DNA of 64,000 nt from a virus, in IMG/VR virus record IMGVR_UViG_3300044638_004427, positions 5,417 to 69,416 of that record, one strand, 5' to 3'. The stretch's first letter is position 1, and the number at the start of each line of letters is the position of its first letter. Under the pieces are notes generated by a model that saw only the letters and a program-made list of their open reading frames with translations, was not told the DNA's origin and did no database searches. Below are positions 46,028-55,986 of the stretch, one piece after another. Made by a program: the position numbers and the translations under genes.

Positions 46028-49000
46028 ACTGTACTTGCTTTAAATAATATAGCAGCGGTATTTCCAGTGCTAGTCGAAGTATATTGCACCTGTCCAGAAG
46101 AGTCAATCGAGAACACTAACCCAGTGTCATCTCCAACATAATCCTGACTCATTTCCCAAGAAGCACCCTTCTGAATACCTTTTAAAGTATATTCAGCATA
46201 CGTAGAAGCTCTTACGATTGTAACTTGTGCTTTAAATCCTCGCACTACTGCATTTGAAAAAACAAGTCCCGTAACATTGGCTGCAACACTTTGATTATCT
46301 AAAGCAGTAAAAGGAGTTCTTGATATATCACCACTATAATCGGGTATAATATAAGCATATGAAAGATTACCAGATGTATCACTCACTAATGCTGAACCAT
46401 TAGAAGCAGCAACTGCTGGTGGTAAGGTTAGTGTATAATTAGCAGAAACTGAAGCTGGTGCTTTTACTTCAACATAATCGGTGCCCGGAGAAGCTTCTGT
46501 AAACTTGACAGAATGCTCGTCATCTAAGACTAAATCACCAGTTAGAGTGCCACCCACTAGATCTAATTTTAACGCTAAAGCATCAAATACTGCGTCTTCA
46601 GATGGAGATTTATCTGTTACACCATTTGTTATTGTTTGTGTAATTACGGCAGTTTGAGCACGACCATCTGTAAAATAAAGATTAGTTGTTCCTTCTAAAA
46701 CATCATCCGTGTCAATTGTAACAGCGTTTGTAACAGGTAAGACACCGTTAACAGATTTTACAACAACAGAATCATCTGCCTTTAATGCTAGAGCATCAAA
46801 CACGGCATTTTGTGACGGGGCAACAGTTGTAACACCATCTGTAATAGAGTCAGCAACTTTACCATCTACATAGTTTTTTGTTGCAACATCTTGTGCAGAA
46901 GTAGGGTCTACAACGTTATTAATCTGGTGGGTGCCCATGTTAAGAGCACCAGACATTGTACGTGTACCACTAGCTAATAAGTACTGAATGTGATCATCAT
47001 TACCCAAACCACTTAATAGACTATGTGTTGTTGCTTCACCGGCTGGGGTATATAATTGAGTACCTCTAAAATCAACATAATCAGCGCCATTAACGGAACG
47101 AATCCTAGCTTGAGGATCGTTTGTATACCCATCAGCTGTTTCAAAAACAACACTACCAATGGCTACAAATTCAGCAAAAGGTAATCCTGATAAACTGGTG
47201 ATTTCAGTAGAAGCTGCATTTCTTGCATCTGTAATATTATTATATTGATTGATACCTTGAATACCAACTACAGGAGAATCTTTATCATTGGTGGCAAAGA
47301 AGTGAACTAGAACATAACTATTGTTTGCAACTTCTGTTAACTGCCAAGAACCACCTGTAAATTGATTGTAAGGTAGGCGTCCGTTTGCACCTGTATAGCC
47401 AGCAGTTCCGCTGTAAATAACAGGGTACGCATCTGCTGGTTTTTTACGCCATAATTGTCCTTGGCGATATAAAATAGGAATTTGAGCTTGTGGTAAAATC
47501 TCGATTAATATATCTTCATCTCTAATTTTACCTTCATCTGCATCAAACTGTGCGTTTGCTGCAAGATTGCCAGTACCGTCAACGCTAAAGTTTTGTAAAG
47601 CCAATCCACTTAAATATCTAGCACCAAAAACAGTATGAAGATAAGTGTGGGTAGCACCATCCATTGTAAGACCGTGGCGTTCTTCTGCAAAATAAGAACG
47701 GCTATTTGTATCGGTATTCCAATAAACAATGGAAACTAAGGCATTGTTTTCAAATAACTCCGCTCCTAACGTTTGAGTGGAGCTAAGTGTTCCAGAGTCA
47801 TTAAAATAAATATAATGATTTCCAGCAAGACTAGGTATTGTTAAATTGATTGCTGTAGTTTTTGTGAATTTTTTACCTTTTACATAAAAATCATAGGATG
47901 TTGCGGGAGGATTTACATCTATTGTAAAAGTTGAACCAACGACAGAAGTAACGGAGTCGGTTCTATTTGGAAATCCTGTAGGTTCTTTTGTAACTTGATC
48001 TTGTTCTACAAATCGTTCAGCCAATTGATCAATAGCTTCAATAACATCATTTGGTGCTGGTGCCCAATCGGTAGGATCAGCTGGATTATATTCAATTGTA
48101 ACAGTACCAACGATATCAGTGGTTCCGGGGGATTGACCAATATTAATATCTGGTGAATCAAGAGTTAGACTACCGGACGCATTTACTGATAATACACCAC
48201 CGTCTGAATACACTAACTCAGCATTTCCTGGGTTATTACTAGCAAATGCGAGGAAAGCAAAATCTGGACTATTGTTTGAATATAATGAAGCTATTACTCC
48301 ATCTGTTGTTGTGGGAGTTGTTGTTAACGAACCAACATTCGAAATAGCTCCGCTTTGAAAATCGGTTTGAGCATACACATTAATTTGCGTAGAGGTAGCA
48401 CCAATATCTAAGGATGCACCAGAAGAATTAATTCCACCTTGGGCATCAATATTACCAACGACGATAACATCATCGTTAAATGTTTTATCTCCACCTAAAG
48501 TTTGTGCAGTTGCTGTAATAAGACCAGCATTTACAGCGTCTGCTGGCTCAAGGCTTAAAACTTGTCCAGTTAATGTAGCAGCATTAATGTTTGGAGTAGA
48601 TCCTACAGCACCTAATGTAACAGGATCGTGTGAAGATTGATCTAGAGTAATTCCTGAAGCACCGGGACTAATTGTGGCAACGCCAACTTGATTTGGTGCT
48701 TTTAATTCCCAAGAATTACGATCACCAGATGTTGAAACATATCCTGTAATAGAACCGTTTTCTTCTAATTCAATTCCTGAATTAAATGCCGAGCTTACAG
48801 CACCGTTTTTATTAAGAGTAATTTGTTTATCGGTTACTTCAAGATTTGTGACATCTTGATAAAAGGTGTTGCCATATAAGTTGACATTAACACCAGAATC
48901 ACCGATATTGATTGTGGAAGCGTTAGATGTTCCGATTGAAAGAGTACCCGCCCCAGCTGTGATAGTATCAATTGAATCAGTTTCAACACCACTTGATGCT

Positions 49001-49389
49001 GTAACCAAATCATCAAAAGTTTTATCTCCAGCAAAACTTTGTGCAGAAGTGGAAACAGCACCGGGATTTGTGCTATCAGCTGGTTCGAGGTTAATTGTAG
49101 AGCGCGTAATATCTCCAACAGTAACAGATGATATTGTAATACCATCTGCATTTGGAGTTGAACCAAGTGCTGCTGCTGTTAATTTAGAATCAATCCATTT
49201 AGATGTTGTAGCATCCCAGACATAGATTTTATCAGTGTCTAAAGCGACACGAGCATCTCCGTCTGTATTACCGACAGTAGGTAGAGCAGATTCTGTTGCA
49301 ACAGGAGATTTCCATTCAACTGCACCAGCAGGCCCACCTCCTCCTGATAAGTCGAAGCCCCCAAAAATAAGCGGGTTAAAGCGAATCAT
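46024..49389 (-). CDS. Tail fibre / appendage protein
   Basis: Fibre shaft motifs (AQSFAGDKTF, DPTSAQDVATKNYVD, EGTTNLYFT, GGTLTGDL) and internal repeats. Confidence 0.7.
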   Translation of the reverse strand: MIRFNPLIFGGFDLSGGGGPAGAVEWKSPVATESALPTVGNTDGDARVALDTDKIYVWDATTSKWIDSKLTAAALGSTPNADGITISSVTVGDITRSTINLEPADSTNPGAVSTSAQSFAGDKTFDDLVTASSGVETDSIDTITAGAGTLSIGTSNASTINIGDSGVNVNLYGNTFYQDVTNLEVTDKQITLNKNGAVSSAFNSGIELEENGSITGYVSTSGDRNSWELKAPNQVGVATISPGASGITLDQSSHDPVTLGAVGSTPNINAATLTGQVLSLEPADAVNAGLITATAQTLGGDKTFNDDVIVVGNIDAQGGINSSGASLDIGATSTQINVYAQTDFQSGAISNVGSLTTTPTTTDGVIASLYSNNSPDFAFLAFASNNPGNAELVYSDGGVLSVNASGSLTLDSPDINIGQSPGTTDIVGTVTIEYNPADPTDWAPAPNDVIEAIDQLAERFVEQDQVTKEPTGFPNRTDSVTSVVGSTFTIDVNPPATSYDFYVKGKKFTKTTAINLTIPSLAGNHYIYFNDSGTLSSTQTLGAELFENNALVSIVYWNTDTNSRSYFAEERHGLTMDGATHTYLHTVFGARYLSGLALQNFSVDGTGNLAANAQFDADEGKIRDEDILIEILPQAQIPILYRQGQLWRKKPADAYPVIYSGTAGYTGANGRLPYNQFTGGSWQLTEVANNSYVLVHFFATNDKDSPVVGIQGINQYNNITDARNAASTEITSLSGLPFAEFVAIGSVVFETADGYTNDPQARIRSVNGADYVDFRGTQLYTPAGEATTHSLLSGLGNDDHIQYLLASGTRTMSGALNMGTHQINNVVDPTSAQDVATKNYVDGKVADSITDGVTTVAPSQNAVFDALALKADDSVVVKSVNGVLPVTNAVTIDTDDVLEGTTNLYFTDGRAQTAVITQTITNGVTDKSPSEDAVFDALALKLDLVGGTLTGDLVLDDEHSVKFTEASPGTDYVEVKAPASVSANYTLTLPPAVAASNGSALVSDTSGNLSYAYIIPDYSGDISRTPFTALDNQSVAANVTGLVFSNAVVRGFKAQVTIVRASTYAEYTLKGIQKGASWEMSQDYVGDDTGLVFSIDSSGQVQYTSTSTGNTAAILFKASTV

Positions 49390-50000
49390 GTGTTTTCTCT
49401 TTTCTTCTGTATTGCTTTATGGCCATAATTATCTGTTTTTTTATGGCAATTAACACACAAAGTTCTGCAATTAGTTATTTCAAATCTTAATTCGGGGTAA
49501 TTTTTCCATTCTTTTATGTGATCCATTTGTAAATTATTTTTATTTAAACAAAGAACACATTTATAACAATCTCTTGCAAATACTTTTTTCCTTAATTCTT
49601 TGTATTCTTCTCTAGAGCACAATAAAATTCTTTCTTTTGTTTTTCCGCCCTGCCAATTATTTGCTAATTCATTTCTTTTACCCAATTTAGCTAATCTCAT
49701 TTTTTCTCTAACAACTGGATCTTTAGCTGGGTTTTCAAACATATTTCTATATTTTAAAAAATCAGATAGTTTTCTTCTTTTTTGTTTTTCTTTTTTAGGT
49801 CTAGGTGGTTTATTTTTTTCAGCACAAGACTGACAATTTCCACTATTATTATCTTTAATTATATTCCAAGCTTGGGCATAACAAACTTCTCTTTTATTGG
49901 AACACGTTAAACATGTTATAATAAAACGAGTTTTACGTTTATTAATAGTAGGATCTATAGGTGTTACTATATCTTTATACTTATCCCACAAATTAACCAC
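49386..50000 (-). CDS. Free-standing HNH homing endonuclease
   Basis: NNWQGG, VFARD.Y.C..C...DHIK...N.RTLC.NCH; very AT-rich. Confidence 0.85.
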   Translation of the reverse strand: MVNLWDKYKDIVTPIDPTINKRKTRFIITCLTCSNKREVCYAQAWNIIKDNNSGNCQSCAEKNKPPRPKKEKQKRRKLSDFLKYRNMFENPAKDPVVREKMRLAKLGKRNELANNWQGGKTKERILLCSREEYKELRKKVFARDCYKCVLCLNKNNLQMDHIKEWKNYPELRFEITNCRTLCVNCHKKTDNYGHKAIQKKRENT

Positions 50001-50010
50001 GGGTCACCTA

Positions 50011-50280
50011 TTAAGCAGTGCGTTCAGCGGAAACCAATTGTGCTCTTGTACTATCTGTATAAATAATTGTAAGTTCGTATAGAGCAATTCCACCTTCAGA
50101 GAAATTATAAACTTCTGTGTCGTTTGCTAGAACAGTAGTTGTAATACTTAATTCAACTTTACGTCCAACTTTACCAGTCAAAAAACCATCAACGCTAAGA
50201 GTTGCGTTAACATCATTGTATGAACTTTGCATTGTTTGTTCATAATCAAGGTGAGATAATGGCTTTTGAGTAATGGACAT
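50011..50280 (-). CDS. Hypothetical structural-region protein
   Basis: AAGGT RBS; codon use like neighbouring structural genes. Confidence 0.6.
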   Translation of the reverse strand: MSITQKPLSHLDYEQTMQSSYNDVNATLSVDGFLTGKVGRKVELSITTTVLANDTEVYNFSEGGIALYELTIIYTDSTRAQLVSAERTA

Positions 50281-50281
50281 A

Positions 50282-50446
50282 TTATTTACCTTTTTTCATC
50301 ATTTCTTTTGTTTTTGAGAACTTACGAGACTTACCAGCTGAACTTAATGAAGCAGCAACTGCTTGCTTACGGGGGTAACCAGCTTTAATCATTTCTCTAA
50401 TATTCTCACTGATCGTTTCTTGGCTTTTTCCCTTTTTGAGCGGCAT
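50282..50446 (-). CDS. Small basic phage protein, 54 aa (not in the ORF track)
   Basis: Hand translation: [62 protein letters not shown]. Confidence 0.75.
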   Translation of the reverse strand: MPLKKGKSQETISENIREMIKAGYPRKQAVAASLSSAGKSRKFSKTKEMMKKGK

Positions 50447-51168
50447 TATTTAATCCTTTGCTTATATTTAGGATGAACATAATCCATATAATTATTTACC
50501 TTATATGAAATTTTTTTAGCTTCTTCTAATGTTAACTTTTTTGTATCAAATAAACGGTGATGATTTGGACATAATGCTAATAAATTACTATCTTCCATTG
50601 TACCACCTTTAATGTGGGGAACTATGTGAGCAGCATCTAATGCTCGTTCAAATCCACACATTTCACATACTTTGTTTTTTTTAAACTTATAAGCTAACTT
50701 TGGGCGGCTGCTATTTTTATGTCCGGTATTAATACCCAAACTAATTAATCCATCACGAACCCTTGCATTTGATAAATTTAAAAAATTGGCAATTTGAGCA
50801 GCTGTCCTTTTATCATTATGTAATTCTAATATTTTAGAATTTATTTCATCTGTTTTTGCTAAAACTCTATAATGTTCATTTCTACAATTTAAAGAACAAT
50901 ATTTAGCTGTTGATCTATATGGTTGTAATTCTTTTTTATTTTTACAAAATAAACATTCAATAGTAATTCTTGGGCCTTTTTTTGGTCCTATTGTTGTGCG
51001 GTAATTCTTTTTATCTTTTGGTTGAATTTTTAATCCAAACTGCCTAGCTTTATCCGAAACAGAACGGCTACATAACCCAAATTCTATTGCTAGTTGGGCT
51101 GGACCTTTGATGTAGTATTCAGAAACTAATTTATCTATTTTTTCAGGGGTCCAATTAAAACGAGACAT
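50446..51168 (-). CDS. Free-standing HNH endonuclease with HTH and zinc-finger modules
   Basis: CEMCG...DAAHIVP...[15 protein letters not shown]. Confidence 0.85.
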   Translation of the reverse strand: MSRFNWTPEKIDKLVSEYYIKGPAQLAIEFGLCSRSVSDKARQFGLKIQPKDKKNYRTTIGPKKGPRITIECLFCKNKKELQPYRSTAKYCSLNCRNEHYRVLAKTDEINSKILELHNDKRTAAQIANFLNLSNARVRDGLISLGINTGHKNSSRPKLAYKFKKNKVCEMCGFERALDAAHIVPHIKGGTMEDSNLLALCPNHHRLFDTKKLTLEEAKKISYKVNNYMDYVHPKYKQRIK

Positions 51169-51171
51169 AAA

Positions 51172-51600
51172 TTACATAATTCTCCTTTTAATTAAATATA
51201 TCCTACCACTTGATTTAGTTGCAATATCTGATAAAAGGTTTTTGTCGCCTTCGCTATAACCACCTTGTTTTACAAGCATATCCACCATAGAACAAACTTC
51301 TTTTTCCTTACCAAGAAGGATAGTAAAGTATTCTTTGTTTTCCTTTACTTGTGAAGGCATACCTTGCATGGAAGACATAACCATTTGCATTACTTGGCTA
51401 ATGTCGTATGATCCGTATAGAGATACGTACTTCTCAGCAGCACGGTCATATTCGCCTTGTAAAGCTTCGTAGAAATCACCAAGAGCGTCGTGATCTGCAA
51501 AGAATAAAGCACCCTTTACATTGTGGTGCATAGCTTGGCTTACAATTTGCATCATTCGGAGTTGGGCAACGAGTTTAAGGAATAGCTCTTGTGGATTCAT
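51172..51600 (-). CDS. Dps/ferritin-like protein
   Basis: HHNVKG..FFADH..L.DFYE....YDRAAE matches the Dps HWNV.G..F...H......D..AE motif. Confidence 0.75.
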   Translation of the reverse strand: MNPQELFLKLVAQLRMMQIVSQAMHHNVKGALFFADHDALGDFYEALQGEYDRAAEKYVSLYGSYDISQVMQMVMSSMQGMPSQVKENKEYFTILLGKEKEVCSMVDMLVKQGGYSEGDKNLLSDIATKSSGRIYLIKRRIM

Positions 51601-52361
51601 AAATTACCTTTTATTTTTAAATATTCTTCTTTTGTAATTTTTTTAAATGTGTATCCTTTAATTGTTTTATTTTTATTTTCAAAATAACGGCGAATTGTTT
51701 GATTACAGGTGTTTAATTCTAAACATAGTTGTTGATAAGAAGAAAAAACTTTATTGGTTTCAATACATAAAAGAAAAACTGAATTATGAGTAAAATTACC
51801 TTTTTTATAAAATTCTTTTAGTTTATTACTCTGTTTTTCTGACCATTCTTTTGTTCTTTTTGTTTTATTTCTGTTTTCAATACTTTTTTTAGAAGTAATA
51901 GCAGCTATAATTGTTTTTTTATATTCTGGGTCCTGAAATCTTTTTTTATTTTTTTCAGAAATATTTTTTCTTCTACTATCGTTTTTCCACGCTATTAATG
52001 CTGCTTTTTTTCTTTTATTTATAGATTCTTGAGTTTTTACTGTAATTAATAATTTATCATACACAGATTGTGTTAACATCGGGGATAATTCACCACCAAT
52101 AGTAATGTTGTATCCTGTATCAATTGTGTTGTGTTTTTTAATTAAATACATTTCCATCTCACAGGCTTCTTGTTTTGTTAAACAACAAGCAATTATTTCT
52201 TTTTTACAGTTATCAAATCCATATTTTTTTATAGCGTTAGATAATTTACCTTGTTTTTTATTAGATTTATGTTGAACCATTCTGTGTATAAAATTATTAG
52301 TTAATCCTATATATAATTTATTGTTTGGAAATGTTATTTTATAAACACAGTAATTATTCAT
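51597..52361 (-). CDS. GIY-YIG homing endonuclease
   Basis: CVY.ITF....YIGLT....R..H, E...I, GYNIT.GG; C-terminal HTH-like module. Confidence 0.88.
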   Translation of the reverse strand: MNNYCVYKITFPNNKLYIGLTNNFIHRMVQHKSNKKQGKLSNAIKKYGFDNCKKEIIACCLTKQEACEMEMYLIKKHNTIDTGYNITIGGELSPMLTQSVYDKLLITVKTQESINKRKKAALIAWKNDSRRKNISEKNKKRFQDPEYKKTIIAAITSKKSIENRNKTKRTKEWSEKQSNKLKEFYKKGNFTHNSVFLLCIETNKVFSSYQQLCLELNTCNQTIRRYFENKNKTIKGYTFKKITKEEYLKIKGNL

Positions 52362-52362
52362 A

Positions 52363-52800
52363 TTATGGTTTAGGGTGTTTAATTTTAACCTCAATACATT
52401 TTAGCACATAAGCATCCATTTGAGAAGAGTCACCTTGGTGTAATTTTACATAGGCATCGGCAAATTCCCCCAAAGATGGATATTCTTGTAGTCTTTTTCT
52501 ATGACACTCTTGTAAAAGCCATTCTGGATCTTGGGATAAATCAATTATAGAGACAGTGTACTCGGCCTTGAGCTTAACCCACTTATGAGATACTCCGTCA
52601 AGAGTGTCACGCATCTCTTCTTCGAGCACGTCAGCTTCGTCGTATGCTTCAGCCATCAGCTCGTCTTTGTGCAAGACCCATCGTTCGGGAAGACCCCAAG
52701 CACATGACGCTACACACTCCGCAATCCATGCGGTAGGATCTTCCATCTGTGCGCCGTGAGTCTGAACGCCTACTAAGTTTTTAATGATAATCTTTTTCAT
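52363..52800 (-). CDS. Putative tail fibre assembly protein
   Basis: C-terminal R..EYP...E..DA......VK...PKP motif; follows the fibre gene. Confidence 0.55.
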   Translation of the reverse strand: MKKIIIKNLVGVQTHGAQMEDPTAWIAECVASCAWGLPERWVLHKDELMAEAYDEADVLEEEMRDTLDGVSHKWVKLKAEYTVSIIDLSQDPEWLLQECHRKRLQEYPSLGEFADAYVKLHQGDSSQMDAYVLKCIEVKIKHPKP

Positions 52801-52802
52801 GG

Positions 52803-55082
52803 TTAGTTACCAACCCTTGTAAACGAGATCCAGTTAAAGTTTCCGTTGTTAAGAAGCTGTCTTGATACGCCTGTATTTTGAAATATTTGAACTGTTAAAG
52901 TGTCTCCAGCCGAACATTGAATAATGTTGGAACCTTGGCCGCTAATAGGATAAGTTCCGGCTGCCTGAGCAAAGCAAGGCCCAATAACAAGAGTTCCGCT
53001 GATTGAGCCACCCAGTTGAATTTGATACTCTACTTCAGAAGAAATATTCGTTGCAGCAGAGGTGAAAAGATATTGACCCTGAACGAGATATTTTCCAGAT
53101 ACTGGAATAGTTGCAACTCCAGTTGTTGAATTAAAAAATTCATGAGTATCAAAACTTCTTGACCATCCTGTAATAGTAATCGCAGAGCCGCTAGTTAAAC
53201 CAGATTGTCCAGATGTGTTGCGATATCGCGCAGCTACAGTCTCACTAGCCGCGATAGTGGCGGGGCCGGATAGGCGTTCGAATGAACAGTATTTTAGATA
53301 CGTTGTGGCGGTTCCTGTATAATTTGTGGAATACCGGAAATCAATTATATCGCCCGCATTGAGTCGAAAAATGGAGTTTACAGAAAGATAAAAAAACTCT
53401 ACTCCTGAATTATTTACTCCATCAGCATTTCCGTAATCACCACCATTTTGAGGGTTTCCGTTTTTGTAAACGAGCAATGCGTGGTTAAAAGAAGTATTTG
53501 CTGCACTAAACTTAGTGGTGCTTTTCCCTGATAAACGATAAAACCCAGAAACAGGAACAACATATGTATTTGAAGACCTCGTCGCATGAGTGTCAACATC
53601 GGTGGTTCCAATAGGAAGCAAAACAGTGGTATTGGTTGCGGTTACACCAGCTCCATCGTAAGCACTAAAAGCCACCACCCTCGTATCAGTGTCGTTGGAC
53701 ATTTGCACGGAGGATGAGAGGCCGGCTACAGGGAATTTGAAATTATACGCAACCCTTGAGTTCAGGTTCATGTCGGCACCAGTTAACAAAGTACCAGTGC
53801 CTCCTTTAACTACTCTAACTTGAGATGTCGATGATGAATCATAAACAACAGTCCATTGGTCGCTATAACTGTTTGTTGAACCATTAAAAAAATTCGCTAC
53901 ACCAAAAGTTATGTATGCTGTTAAAGCATTAGACAATTTAGAAGTGTCAATGTTTGCTGGAAGGCTAAGTGTAATACCACTAGCACCAGAACCAGCTACA
54001 GAAGCTTGGATACGAGCCTCTACCTCAATAGTATCTCCAACTCTTCTGTATTTAGCACTTGATACAGAACTTCCTGTACCCATACCCGTAACGGTAGGGG
54101 TGTAGTCTTGCCAATCCGTTATGGGGCTTCCGTACACTGTGCCCTGTGGCCCAAGCTGGAAGGTATCAAAACGCATCTCTACAGCACCAGCAGTCGCAGT
54201 AATGCAAACTACAGCAATTCGATATTGTGTGCCTGTTGCCGTGGTCTGAAATGTGCCCGATGCAATTCCTACACCTGAACTTTGAACTAGGTTATAAACA
54301 CCAGCGGGTTGAATCCACGCAGAACCAGACACATCATAGATATAAACAGCAAATGTATTATTGCTAGTGCCGGAGAAATTCATTGTACCGCTTACAGCTT
54401 CATAAGCGAATGAGAATGCAAGTGGTTTAGCTTGATCTTCACGGTCAATTGTGAAAGCATCTGAGATAAAGCCTTGACCGGCTGTTAATGCACCTGAACT
54501 TGCTACGCGAAGATCGTATGTTCCAGCAATAGGGGTAGTACTATCTACAGCAAAGCTTGTAATAGAGGCAGCACCAGCTGTAATAGAACCTGTTGGAATC
54601 TTGCTGGTGAGGGTGGTGTTAAATAAACTCCATCCAGTTGTTGCTCCGTTTTCAAATGTGCCGTATGTAATATAATTTTTAGCACCTTGTTGAAGCGTAG
54701 CCCATTTTAATTTATTTGGTTGTGTGTTATCAGCAACAAGAACTTGCCCATCAGATCCAATACCTTGACGAACGTTATCTGTTCCGTTATGAACAATAAT
54801 GTCACCAGCTGTTGTGGTTGGAGCTAGTGCGTCAAATGCAGCGGTTTGAGTGGTTTGACCAGTTCCACCGTCAGCAATTGGAATTGTTTGACCGGGATTG
54901 ATACCGCTCCAGTAAATAGAGTCACCAGCAAAGCTAGCGCCGGAAGTATGGGCTAAAATACAACGATATAGTCTATCGTTATCTAGAACAAGTTGGTCTA
55001 GAATGTATGATTGACCAGATGCCCATTGTGTGGCTAGTTCTTGACTGGATGTAAAATGTTGTAAGGTTCTATTATATGCCAT
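52803..55082 (-). CDS. Tail fibre / receptor-binding protein
   Basis: N-terminal W.SG..Y..D.LV....LYRC..AHTS (CBM5/12-like); IADGGTG; WQDYTP; two C1q-like VPVSG.Y repeats. Confidence 0.7.
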   Translation of the reverse strand: MAYNRTLQHFTSSQELATQWASGQSYILDQLVLDNDRLYRCILAHTSGASFAGDSIYWSGINPGQTIPIADGGTGQTTQTAAFDALAPTTTAGDIIVHNGTDNVRQGIGSDGQVLVADNTQPNKLKWATLQQGAKNYITYGTFENGATTGWSLFNTTLTSKIPTGSITAGAASITSFAVDSTTPIAGTYDLRVASSGALTAGQGFISDAFTIDREDQAKPLAFSFAYEAVSGTMNFSGTSNNTFAVYIYDVSGSAWIQPAGVYNLVQSSGVGIASGTFQTTATGTQYRIAVVCITATAGAVEMRFDTFQLGPQGTVYGSPITDWQDYTPTVTGMGTGSSVSSAKYRRVGDTIEVEARIQASVAGSGASGITLSLPANIDTSKLSNALTAYITFGVANFFNGSTNSYSDQWTVVYDSSSTSQVRVVKGGTGTLLTGADMNLNSRVAYNFKFPVAGLSSSVQMSNDTDTRVVAFSAYDGAGVTATNTTVLLPIGTTDVDTHATRSSNTYVVPVSGFYRLSGKSTTKFSAANTSFNHALLVYKNGNPQNGGDYGNADGVNNSGVEFFYLSVNSIFRLNAGDIIDFRYSTNYTGTATTYLKYCSFERLSGPATIAASETVAARYRNTSGQSGLTSGSAITITGWSRSFDTHEFFNSTTGVATIPVSGKYLVQGQYLFTSAATNISSEVEYQIQLGGSISGTLVIGPCFAQAAGTYPISGQGSNIIQCSAGDTLTVQIFQNTGVSRQLLNNGNFNWISFTRVGN

Positions 55083-55377
55083 TTTCTACTCCAAGCTTAC
55101 TAGTTTCTACATTTAGTTGTTGATTTTCTGGTTGAACCTCTGGTTCTGGTTGAACCTCTGGTTCTGGTTGAACCTCTGGTTCTTGAATCACATTACCATC
55201 AGCATCTAATCCACGATTAGCACGATCTTGAATAATCATTGCTTTAATTTCATCAAATCGATTAATAACATTAATTTCAATTTCTTGTTCTGCTTTAACA
55301 GCAAAACCATTTTCATTGCAAATATGATAGCCATTTTCATCAATTAAATATTCACCTGGAAAAATTTTAATTATCAT
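55072..55377 (-). CDS. Hypothetical protein with QPEPEV repeats
   Basis: Operon ORF containing an 18-bp tandem repeat. Confidence 0.6.
   Translation of the reverse strand: MIIKIFPGEYLIDENGYHICNENGFAVKAEQEIEINVINRFDEIKAMIIQDRANRGLDADGNVIQEPEVQPEPEVQPEPEVQPENQQLNVETSKLGVENGI
55126..55183. repeat. 18-bp tandem repeat x3
   Basis: TTCTGGTTGAACCTCTGG, three perfect copies. Confidence 0.9.
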
Positions 55378-55384
55378 ATTTTAC

Positions 55385-55978
55385 CTATATTTTAATAATA
55401 TAATTAACACTTAAATTAGCAGGGTGTGTTTGAGTACCAGTTCTAGGAGTCCCATTAGCACCATTTGTTGTGTGTGAGCTAGCTGATAAACTACCAGCCG
55501 AATGATCGTGACCCGAATTAATGTCTGTTACAATATCATCTCTGGTAGCATCCAATCCACCATCCCAAATTCCTGTGGCAATGTTTGTGCCGTTTTCACG
55601 AGTCGTTGCATTATAATTCGCTCGATGAGTATGCGTTCCATCTCCCCCACCTGCTCTACCAGTAATCCCATGGTTATGTCCTTGGATTTGATCAGTTTGC
55701 CTTGTTCCAAGCGTTCCAGAATATGTCAGGGTTGAAATGGTTTGCGAACCTGCACCACGAATGAATACACCCTGTGTGTTAGGAAGGTTAAAAGTTGTTG
55801 AGCCATCTCCTACGCCGTAAGTGGTTCCAATCGCTGCAAATAATCGAGCATAAACCGTTCGACTTACAGCAGCACCATTACAAAGCAACCATCCTGTTGG
55901 TGCAGCTGCGCCAGCGTATGGAAATATTACCCCACCTGGTAGTGCGTTTTGAATTGTTAAATCACTTAAAAAACTCAT
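55385..55978 (-). CDS. Phage tail collar domain protein
   Basis: G.I.PYAG..APTGWLLCNG.AVSRT.YA.LFAAIGT.YG.GDGSTTFNLP; C-terminal P.N.SVNYIIK. Confidence 0.9.
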   Translation of the reverse strand: MSFLSDLTIQNALPGGVIFPYAGAAAPTGWLLCNGAAVSRTVYARLFAAIGTTYGVGDGSTTFNLPNTQGVFIRGAGSQTISTLTYSGTLGTRQTDQIQGHNHGITGRAGGGDGTHTHRANYNATTRENGTNIATGIWDGGLDATRDDIVTDINSGHDHSAGSLSASSHTTNGANGTPRTGTQTHPANLSVNYIIKI

Positions 55979-55986
55979 ACTTCACC

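Noticed and set aside
49386-52394. HNH and GIY-YIG genes as intron-encoded
   Set aside because: Flanking genes are complete and abut the ORFs directly, leaving no room for ribozyme cores.
52803-55082. Diversity-generating retroelement target in the tail fibre
   Set aside because: No reverse transcriptase or adenine-variant template repeat seen in the window.
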